Of a stretch of 64,000 nt of DNA, positions 57,177 to 64,000 are shown in pieces. Below the pieces are notes generated by a model that did no database searches, was not told the DNA's origin, and saw nothing but the letters and a program-made list of their open reading frames with translations. How positions within the stretch are numbered: the first letter of the stretch is position 1; every line of letters begins with the position of its first letter. This DNA comes from Terriglobales bacterium (GTDB taxonomy: Bacteria > Acidobacteriota > Terriglobia > Terriglobales > Acidobacteriaceae): the NCBI GenBank assembly GCA_035252015.1, contig DATFDP010000044.1:788-64787 (forward strand). Direction: 5' to 3'. The position numbers and the translations under genes are program-made.

Positions 57177-57881
57177 CTACAAAGGCGACAATTCATCCTC
57201 CTTCTCCTCCTTTTTCCCGATAGCAAACTTCTTCTCCAGGAACTCTCGCGCCAAGTCCTTGCCGCCAATGCCGAATGCGAGAGCCAAGCCAAGCATGATC
57301 GCTCCAAAAGCGGTTCCGAAAGCGATCAGCATGGTCTCTTCTGCGACACCCAATACTTCGAGCACCATGGAGAGGGCGAAGATGCTGATGATGATCCTGA
57401 TCGAGATACTCAACAGACGCGAGGATCGAAAGTTCGCGTTGACCGCCGCCAACAGCGCCGCTCGGGAGAAAAAGCTGGCCGCCAAAAATCCGAAGAAGAG
57501 AATGACCAAGGCTACAAACAGCCGGGGCAGAAACAGAAAGAAGCGGGAGATGTATTCCTGCAGTCCCGCAATCCCGAGTACGCTTATACCTAGAAGAATA
57601 AAACCGACCCAAGCTACCCAAAAGACAAGTCGGCTGACCAATTCCGTGGACGAGGGTAGTGCTGCACGATTCAGCAACCGCGTAGCGCCTGCGTTTTCCG
57701 ACAGCCTGGAGAAGCTTGTCAGGCGCAGAATGCTGCGCGCCACCACTTTCAACACATAGGCGATCACCCACCCTACGAAAGCAATGACTAACATCACTAC
57801 CAGACGGGGCAAGTAGTGGGCCAGGGTTCTAACCATCTGCTGAAAGGCCTGCGTCAGTTCGGTGACGATCATTTCTCTCAT
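57177..57881 (-). CDS. Membrane protein with conserved-TM-helix repeats (PF05552-like, as in N-termini of some MscS-type channels)
   Basis: Repeated pattern YLPRLVVMLVIAFVGWVIAYVL / FLPRLFVALVILFFGFLAASFF, with a charged KKEEKEDE tail. ATG at 57881 forms an ATGA overlap with the upstream GT stop (checked: tcat at 57878-57881). Confidence 0.55.
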   Translation of the reverse strand: MREMIVTELTQAFQQMVRTLAHYLPRLVVMLVIAFVGWVIAYVLKVVARSILRLTSFSRLSENAGATRLLNRAALPSSTELVSRLVFWVAWVGFILLGISVLGIAGLQEYISRFFLFLPRLFVALVILFFGFLAASFFSRAALLAAVNANFRSSRLLSISIRIIISIFALSMVLEVLGVAEETMLIAFGTAFGAIMLGLALAFGIGGKDLAREFLEKKFAIGKKEEKEDELSPL

Positions 57882-59215
57882 AAACTGTCTCGCTTTCCAT
57901 TCCCCCACACTTGCAGCAGGTACGGCTTCTGCCGTTCGAACTCCCCGCAGAGCGACTCCACATTGTTCTCCAGGTCCTCCCAGGAGCCATCTCGATTTTC
58001 CTGCAGAAAGCTTAATGTCCTGCCGCGGTACAAGGGCACTAAGGCCTGCACAATATGATCGCGATTAATGACCGACTTGTGATAGGACGCCACAAACTCG
58101 AACACGGTCTTGGCCCACAACTCCGCGGGATACCGGAACTGTCCCACTTGCAGGCTGGCGATTTTTCGCAGTTCCGTCAGCGTAGAATCCGAAAGAATAG
58201 AGCGAAAAACAGGCTCCAGCTGGGCCATGCCGGCTACAAACATTTCCCGGAGCTGCTTGCGGTTCACACGTGCCATGTCTGGCGTGTTTTCTGCTGGGGC
58301 GCCCAGGGTTGGCACGGGTTGCGAACCTGTGATCGTGCTCCATAGCGGATAGTGGCTGTCAAGCGAGGCAAACAGGGCTCCCACGGTCCGCCGCATAGCC
58401 CCCACCAGATCGCCGGCTCCTCGCCCGGGTGGTGCCTTCGTCCCCAGAAAAACCTGGCACACCCGGTAATTGGCTGTGATGGCCGTAACTGTAAGGCTGA
58501 GTTCCGGGCCAATTCTGCCCCACTCATCCTGCCAAATCTCTTTGCTCAGGAAGTCTGTCGCCAGACGCCCGGAAATCGCGAACTCAGAGGCGTAGGGTTC
58601 GCGGACCCTATACCCGTAGATGGCACGTGTCATCGGGTAGAGCAGCCCTCGCATCAGCACGCCTTCGGACTTCTGCCGCGAGTAGATGGGCGTCACTAGA
58701 TCGAAGTTCTCGGTGTAGACAGGCCGGGCAAGCCGTTGCAGCCAATCCGGTTCGATGGTCGTCGCCTGGGGTGAAACTATCACACAGGCCTTAGCGCGCA
58801 ACAGGTCGGCAGCCGCCAGAATGGTGCGTAGTGCCGTTCCAGGCTCCGGGCTTTGCCCATACTGCGTGCTGATGGAGTGCAAGGTTCGTAAGGTGTAGAT
58901 CTTGGATACGTTCCACACGTCATCAATGGACGCCTTCATCACCAGTTCCGGCGTCCCGTCCTGCGATCCTCCATCGGCATTGATGATTGCCGCTCGTTCC
59001 CGCGGGAAGCATTTGAGAATGCCGGCTTGAATTGCCAGAACCACCGGCTCGATGGTCTTGGCGTTGTTGTGGGTCGGCAAACCTACCAGAATGTCTACTT
59101 CGCCGACGTTGATGAGCTGGCGAAGAAAATCATCCGTCAAAAGCGTTTCTCCCGCCAATTCAACCTCCCAGCGAAATTTTGCAGCTGAAGACCAAAGGCC
59201 GCCCGGCGCCCCCAT
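57878..59215 (-). CDS. GT-A-fold glycosyltransferase (GT2-like)
   Basis: VDILVGLPTHNNAKTIEPVVLAIQAGILKCFPRERAAIINADGGSQDGTPELV is a typical GT-A N-terminal nucleotide-sugar-binding region. 445 aa. Starts 9 nt after the treS stop. Confidence 0.55.
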   Translation of the reverse strand: MGAPGGLWSSAAKFRWEVELAGETLLTDDFLRQLINVGEVDILVGLPTHNNAKTIEPVVLAIQAGILKCFPRERAAIINADGGSQDGTPELVMKASIDDVWNVSKIYTLRTLHSISTQYGQSPEPGTALRTILAAADLLRAKACVIVSPQATTIEPDWLQRLARPVYTENFDLVTPIYSRQKSEGVLMRGLLYPMTRAIYGYRVREPYASEFAISGRLATDFLSKEIWQDEWGRIGPELSLTVTAITANYRVCQVFLGTKAPPGRGAGDLVGAMRRTVGALFASLDSHYPLWSTITGSQPVPTLGAPAENTPDMARVNRKQLREMFVAGMAQLEPVFRSILSDSTLTELRKIASLQVGQFRYPAELWAKTVFEFVASYHKSVINRDHIVQALVPLYRGRTLSFLQENRDGSWEDLENNVESLCGEFERQKPYLLQVWGNGKRDSL

Positions 59216-59224
59216 CCACTCGCA

Positions 59225-60865
59225 TCAGATCCGCCGCAGCCGAAACCAGAAAAACTGGTAAGGCCCAACGGTCAGATGGTACGGTTGATCACCAATGCGG
59301 GGAAATATGTTCTTGCCGAACATCTCGATGAGAATATTTCCTTTGTAGCGCTTCAGGTCCAGTTCCACCGACTGCGCGGCGCTGGAAAGATTATTCACCA
59401 CCAGTATCATCTCCTTGTCTAATTGCCGCACGTAGGCCAGCACCCGGTGATTTGCAGGGTGCAGAAACTCGATCGAGCCCGAGCCGAATACCGGCGTGGA
59501 ACGTCGAATGGTCATGATGTGCTTCATCCAGGAGAGCAGCGAGTGTTCGGTGCGCTTCTGCGACAGCACGTTCACTGCCTGGTAGCCGTATACGGGGTTC
59601 AGAATGGGAGGCGAATAGAGGGCTTCGGGGTCCGCCCCGGAAAAGCCTCCATTCCAACCGCCGCTCCACTGCATGGGCGTGCGCACTCCGTTGCGGTCGC
59701 CCAGGTGGACGTTATCCCCCATTCCGATCTCATCGCCGTAATAAATGATGGGCGTGCCGGGCAGTGACAGCAGCATGCCGTTCATCAGTTCGATTCGCCG
59801 CCGGTCGTTGTCCAGTAGCGGTGCCAGACGTCGCCGGATGCCCAGGTTCAGGCGCATCGTCTTATCCCTGGCGTAGATGTCGTACATGTAGTCACGCTCC
59901 ATGTCGGTGACCATTTCCAGGGTCAGCTCGTCATGGTTGCGCAGAAAAAGACACCACTGGCAGCTGGGGGGAATGTTGGGTGTCTGCTGCAGAATCTCGG
60001 TGATCGGCTTGCGGTCCTCTAGTCGCAGCCCCATGAACATCCGCGGCATCAGGGGAAAATGAAACGCCATGTGGAATTCATCGCCGTCCCCAAAGTACGG
60101 GCGCAGATCCGCCGGCCACTGGTTCGCTTCCGCCAACAGCATCGTGCCCGGAAAATGCTGGTCCGTTTTCCGGCGCAGTTCCTTGATCACCTCGTGCGTT
60201 TCCGGCAAGTTCTCACAATTTGTGCCTTCCCGCTCAATCAGGTAGGGAACGGCGTCCAGCCGGAAGCCGTCAACTCCCAGCTCCAGCCAGAACTTCATCA
60301 CGTTCCACATCTCTTCCCGCACAGCGGGGTTGTCATAATTCAGATCCGGTTGGTGGGTAAAGAAGCGGTGCCAGTAATATGATTTTGAAATCGGATCCCA
60401 CGCCCAGTTCGACATCTCTGAATCCAGAAAGATGATTCGTGTGCCGCGATACTTTGTGTCGGAATCGCTCCACACATACCAGTCACGCTTGGGATTGACC
60501 TGGGAACTGCGTGATTCCTGAAACCAGGCATGCTGATCGGAGGTGTGGTTCGCCACCATCTCGATGATTACCCGCAGCCCTCGATCATGCGCGCTCGAAA
60601 GAAAAACCTTAAAGTCCTCTAGCGTTCCATAGCTCGGGTGAACCGACTTGTAGTCAGAAATGTCATAACCATCATCCCGCAAAGGAGACGGGAAAAACGG
60701 CATCAACCAGATTGCATTCACACCAAGTTCTTGCACATAATCTAGTCTCTGAGCGAGACCCTGAAAATCGCCGATACCGTCGCCGTTGCTATCAAAGAAA
60801 CCGCGCACATGGACCTGATAGATAATCGCCTCTTTGTACCAACCGGCTTCGCGCTTCAGTGGCAA
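59225..60865 (-). CDS. treS: GH13 trehalose synthase / maltose alpha-D-glucosyltransferase (short form, no maltokinase domain)
   Basis: [85 protein letters not shown]. The ORF-track start is a TTG. Confidence 0.8.
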   Translation of the reverse strand: MPLKREAGWYKEAIIYQVHVRGFFDSNGDGIGDFQGLAQRLDYVQELGVNAIWLMPFFPSPLRDDGYDISDYKSVHPSYGTLEDFKVFLSSAHDRGLRVIIEMVANHTSDQHAWFQESRSSQVNPKRDWYVWSDSDTKYRGTRIIFLDSEMSNWAWDPISKSYYWHRFFTHQPDLNYDNPAVREEMWNVMKFWLELGVDGFRLDAVPYLIEREGTNCENLPETHEVIKELRRKTDQHFPGTMLLAEANQWPADLRPYFGDGDEFHMAFHFPLMPRMFMGLRLEDRKPITEILQQTPNIPPSCQWCLFLRNHDELTLEMVTDMERDYMYDIYARDKTMRLNLGIRRRLAPLLDNDRRRIELMNGMLLSLPGTPIIYYGDEIGMGDNVHLGDRNGVRTPMQWSGGWNGGFSGADPEALYSPPILNPVYGYQAVNVLSQKRTEHSLLSWMKHIMTIRRSTPVFGSGSIEFLHPANHRVLAYVRQLDKEMILVVNNLSSAAQSVELDLKRYKGNILIEMFGKNIFPRIGDQPYHLTVGPYQFFWFRLRRI

Positions 60866-60949
60866 GCGTGCTTCTCCAGAAATGATGCTCAGTGCCCCGC
60901 CTGGGCGCCGGCCTCATAGAATAGCAACACCGGCTGAGATCCACTCCTC

Positions 60950-61317
60950 CCCCGTCAGCGGTTTTCGGGGGGTTCTCCAGGTAGTAACCCAGAGCTCTTG
61001 TTTTTCTGTGATTGAGGAATTAGAGCCCGTAACAAAACCTGTGCCACAGGTCGCATCCAATAGGAACATGCCTTTGCCGAAGAACTCGCCGGCTACATTA
61101 ATCGTGCCTGATAGCTAGTGGCAAGTAATCGAATTTTCCCTGTCCGCTCCGATGCTTGTTCAGTTCAGCCTCAACAACCATCCGCTGAACCGCACTCCCA
61201 TTAACTCGCTGGAACAGCTGAGGTCAGCAGTTGCTCAACTCGAACCTGGAGACCCGGTTGTAATACAGATCGACCGCCAAAAACAGCTACAGTATCTTGC
61301 CTTTGAGATGGAATAAG
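60950..61317 (+). pseudogene. Remnant of an HtrA/DegP-type C-terminus (linker + PDZ) interrupted by an in-frame TAG at 61116-61118; no protease domain
   Basis: A single frame reads ...FRGVLQVVTQ...LPKNSPATLIVPDS*WQVIEFSLSAPMLVQFSLNNHPLNRTPINSLEQLRSAVAQLEPGDPVVIQIDRQKQLQYLAFEME*. The SPA...(G)D-x-(I/L)-x-x-(N)-x-x-P-(L/V)...L...V...PGD-x-V-x-(I/L)-x-(I/V)-x-R pattern is PDZ-like. The left boundary is approximate. Confidence 0.3.
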
Positions 61318-61347
61318 TCCCAATGCGAATGCTCGTGATCAGAACCC

Positions 61348-62871
61348 TTAACGGTCGAAGAGTATCGCCAGCTCCTTCAGCCTTGCGGCGATTTCTTCGC
61401 TGGCGGCCCCCGGCTTCATACGCCACCTCCAGTAGCCGCTCGCCATGCCGGGCAGGTTCATGCGTGCCTCGCTGCCCAGGCCGAGAATGTCCTGCATCGG
61501 AACAATGGCCGTGTTCGCGACTGACGCCATAATGCCTCGAATCAGCACCCAGTGGATAGGATCCTCCTTAAAGCCGAGATAGGCATGGGCGTAGGCGTGC
61601 TCTTTGACCACGTCTTCCGCGGTGCGTGTGCTGTCGCCGGCGCCACTGCTCATCCACCAGCCCACGACCGTGTCGTTGTCATGGGTTCCGGTGTAGGCCA
61701 CGAGATTGCGCACATAATTATGTGGCTTGAACGTGGGTGCCTGGGGATCATTGCCGAAAGCGAACTGCAGAATGGCCATGCCCGGAAGCCCGAACTCCCG
61801 ACGTAGCGCTTCCACTTCCGGAGTGATGACACCGAGATTCTCCGCGATGATGGGCAGGTCGCCAAGTTCTCTGCGGAGCACAGCAAACAATTCCGCGCCC
61901 GGTCCTCTGATCCAGCGGCCATTGACTGCGGTGGTTTCGTTGGCCGGCACCTCCCAATAGCCTTCGAAACCGCGGAAGTGATCGATGCGGATGAAGTCGT
62001 AGAGGCGGAACGCGGAACGCAACCGCTCGACCCACCATTGAAATCCAGTCTGCTTGAGTAAAGGCCAGTTGTAAATAGGATTGCCCCAGCACTGTCCAGT
62101 GGCGCTGAAATAGTCAGGAGGAACGCCGGCGATTTTCAGAGGACTGCCGCGTTCGTCGAGAAGAAAAAACTGAGGATTGGCCCATACATCGGCGCTGTCA
62201 TGCGCCACATACATGGGTACATCTCCAATGATGCGGATATTGCGCTTCCGCCCATAGGCGCGCAGTTTCTGCCACTGCTGGAAGAATTCGTACTGGAAAA
62301 ACCGCTGGGCGTTGATTGCGGAAGCCAGTCTTGTTCTTTCGCGTTTGACGGCATCACTCTTCCGCGCTGCGATGTCGAGTGGCCACTCTGTCCATGCTAC
62401 CTGGTTGTAAACGTCCTTTACCGCCATGAAGAGGGCGTAGTCCTCGAGCCAGCTCGCATTTACCCGCACGAATTCGTCAAACCCACGCCGATTTTCAGCG
62501 GAAGCATTGGCGAAAAAGTTCGTCGCGGCCTTCTGCAGCAAAGGCAGCTTGAAACAGCTCGTGGCACTGTAATCCACCGCTTCGACGGCGAAGGCAGGGG
62601 AACGTCGCAGGTCGTTCCGACTCAAAGTGCCTTGCTCGGCCAGGTAATCGAGACTGATGAGCAGCGGATTTCCTGCACTCGCGGAAAAGCATTGGAAAGG
62701 AGAATCTCCGTAGCCGGTCGGATTTAGAGGAAGCACCTGCCAGAGTTTCTGCCCGGCGGCCTGCAGGAAATCGAGAAAACGATAGGCTTCCGGACCGAAG
62801 TCGCCAATCCCATGTCCCCCCGGCAGACACGTCGGATGCAGCAGAACCCCACTGGACCGGGGAAGCTTCAT
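61348..62871 (-). CDS. malQ: 4-alpha-glucanotransferase (amylomaltase, GH77)
   Basis: RSSGVLLHPTCLPGGHGIGDFG, WQVLPLNPTGYGDSPFQCFSASAGNPLLISL, IGDVPMYV, RIDHFRGF, YTGTHDNDT. The ATG at 62871 was checked. Confidence 0.9.
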   Translation of the reverse strand: MKLPRSSGVLLHPTCLPGGHGIGDFGPEAYRFLDFLQAAGQKLWQVLPLNPTGYGDSPFQCFSASAGNPLLISLDYLAEQGTLSRNDLRRSPAFAVEAVDYSATSCFKLPLLQKAATNFFANASAENRRGFDEFVRVNASWLEDYALFMAVKDVYNQVAWTEWPLDIAARKSDAVKRERTRLASAINAQRFFQYEFFQQWQKLRAYGRKRNIRIIGDVPMYVAHDSADVWANPQFFLLDERGSPLKIAGVPPDYFSATGQCWGNPIYNWPLLKQTGFQWWVERLRSAFRLYDFIRIDHFRGFEGYWEVPANETTAVNGRWIRGPGAELFAVLRRELGDLPIIAENLGVITPEVEALRREFGLPGMAILQFAFGNDPQAPTFKPHNYVRNLVAYTGTHDNDTVVGWWMSSGAGDSTRTAEDVVKEHAYAHAYLGFKEDPIHWVLIRGIMASVANTAIVPMQDILGLGSEARMNLPGMASGYWRWRMKPGAASEEIAARLKELAILFDR

Positions 62872-63191
62872 AGCAGAAACATAAATAGTCCGCGCAAACC
62901 ACGCAAGGAGGGTGCCGGTGTTCAGGGACCGCCTTCTCTTGTGGGACCGTTTCGTCCGAGGCAGGAATCTACCGCTATGCTGGCAAGCTACTTCGGCGAT
63001 GTGCACGAAGACAGACTCTTAGCCTTTAAGCCGGTCCGACAACCAACTTGACTGAAGAAGTGGGCTCACCGTGTGGCGCATCGGGCTTGCGGTTTGACAC
63101 TATTTCATTTGCTAAGTGATTCTTGGTCGAGCGCAGTCCAACTGTATCGGCCTACGCCTTCCCGCTATTGCCGAATCCTGCTGGCGGCCTG

Positions 63192-63473
63192 TTAGGGCAG
63201 GTGTTCTCTTTTGCTTGGTAGGGGTTTTCGTTCGGCTTGGGGCGGCCGGCGGCTGGGTGAACGCATTGTCCTTGGATCGATATGCATTGCAACAATCGTG
63301 CGGGTCAACGTGTTGCGATGTACGCCCAGTTCCTTAGCGGATTTTGATTGGTTGCCGTTGTTGGCGCGAAGAACTGTGCAGAGGAAGGCCCGCTTAAATT
63401 CCTCGACGGCTTCCTGGTAAGGAGTCCCGCGCCGACGCATCTCCCGAATGAGATCTTCTAATTGTTGCTTCAT
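63192..63473 (-). CDS. Stand-alone Fis-type (HTH_8) DNA-binding protein
   Basis: C-terminal NGNQSKSAKELGVHRNTLTRTI is the Fis/NtrC-type helix-turn-helix. 93 aa. GAGG lies upstream of the ATG. Confidence 0.7.
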   Translation of the reverse strand: MKQQLEDLIREMRRRGTPYQEAVEEFKRAFLCTVLRANNGNQSKSAKELGVHRNTLTRTIVAMHIDPRTMRSPSRRPPQAERKPLPSKREHLP

Positions 63474-63541
63474 CAGTTCCCGCCTCAGAGTGGACGGTAC
63501 GAATGAGAACTCGGCGGAGGAAGCGCGGATACAAAGATAAA

Positions 63542-63687
63542 GGGCTGCGATTTTGGTTACGCTCTAGCCATCAACTCCTGCGAGGGAGTCGGTAGCGTGG
63601 ATACGTGCACCATCGCAGCCCCTGATGCGATCACCGCTTTTGCGGTTCCAAACCCCAGCTACCCCTCGCAGGGCACGCCGGTTTTTT
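63542..63687. other. Candidate structured RNA/leader: two 10-bp perfect long-range helices plus nested hairpins
   Basis: gggctgcgat (63542-63551) pairs with atcgcagccc (63612-63621). cctgcgaggg (63577-63586) pairs with ccctcgcagg (63663-63672). Nested actcc/ggagt (63574-78/63585-89) and acgct/agcgt (63559-63/63594-98). A T6 run sits at 63682-63687. Strand and identity are unknown. Confidence 0.25.
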
Positions 63688-64000
63688 CGGGTCTGGTTGC
63701 CCGGCGGATTACCCCGTCGGACTGATCACTCAGCCTACTTTGGACTGGCCAAATATAATTTAACCAACCCTTTCAGCCGTCGACGAAAGGAAAAGTAAAT
63801 TCTGCACCGAAAAATGTCAACGCCAATTCTTTGTGCAATGTGTCAGCCCCACCAGAGTTGAACCCATCGATTCGCAATTCACTGAACTGCTGTGGCTTAG
63901 AAATTCTTGCACGAAAGGTTTCTGGACATTTTGCACAGAATTTTGCACAGCAGCCAGCCGTTCTGCATAAGGCCAAGTGCAAGCCGGACCAAATATGTGG

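Noticed and set aside
63636-63652. The sequence gcggttccaaacccc looked superficially like a tRNA/tmRNA T-arm, and gggctgcgattttgg looked like a tmRNA 5' end.
   Set aside because: The flanking bases do not form a T-stem. There is no acceptor-stem partner or CCA-proximal complement. No cloverleaf or tag-ORF could be built.
63773-63982. A 69-aa minus-strand ORF at the right edge.
   Set aside because: It is Cys/Ala-rich with no start context or motif, and it coincides with the TGCA-repeat region. It is better explained as non-coding.
1-64000. A search by eye for CRISPR arrays, tRNA/rRNA genes, transposases, integrases, reverse transcriptases, toxin-antitoxin pairs and phage modules.
   Set aside because: No regularly spaced repeats were found. 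No cloverleaf-compatible GTTCRANYC boxes with matching stems were found. No ORF had DDE, tyrosine-recombinase or RT motifs. The window looks like core chromosome rather than a mobile or defence island.

Overview
A 64-kb, gene-dense, moderately GC-rich chromosomal segment. I can support about 47 protein-coding genes. I saw no rRNA, tRNA, CRISPR array, transposase, integrase or phage genes. The gene content looks acidobacterial, which is inference only: two ~1,150-aa TonB-dependent-receptor-like outer-membrane proteins with carboxypeptidase-regulatory-like N-termini, many Tat-signal glycoside hydrolases, and xfp-ackA.

Layout:
- 1-3.6 kb: minus-strand OMP fragment, HIBADH-type reductase, GH127.
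- 4.2-13.5 kb: plus-strand sugar-acid/glycan operon (enolase-superfamily dehydratase, RraA-like, M24-like, SDR, UxuA-like, MFS sugar porter, GH5, GH39-like). The first five genes are joined by 4-nt start/stop overlaps.
- 13.6-17 kb: TBDR-like OMP.
- 17.6-26.7 kb: secreted hydrolases (sulfatase-fold+TPR, M28, class-A-beta-lactamase-like, M14, MBL-fold).
- 26.9-35.2 kb: enoyl-CoA hydratase, a divergent pair of Tat-signal nucleoside enzymes (Qng1/DUF2419-like and two-domain cytidine deaminase), MFS, xfp-ackA.
- 35.3-39.2 kb: ExeA-like AAA ATPase fused to an OmpA-C domain, plus a bitopic repeat protein and an SPFH protein.
- 39.4-47.6 kb: GH29, TBDR and LacI, then a DUF1080 / Tat-Gfo-Idh-MocA pair.
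- 47.7-55.8 kb: FAH, RhaT-family and lactonase genes flanking a four-gene CoA cluster.
- 56-63.5 kb: Zn-ribbon-AIM24, treS-GT-membrane protein, a PDZ remnant, malQ and a Fis-type HTH gene.

Best candidates for something undescribed:
1. The CoA cluster, whose fused class-I-CoA-transferase-like protein appears to lack the catalytic Glu.
2. The orphan ExeA-OmpA module.
3. The Tat-exported Qng1/Cdd pair.

All functional calls come from reading motifs by eye, and no database search was possible.
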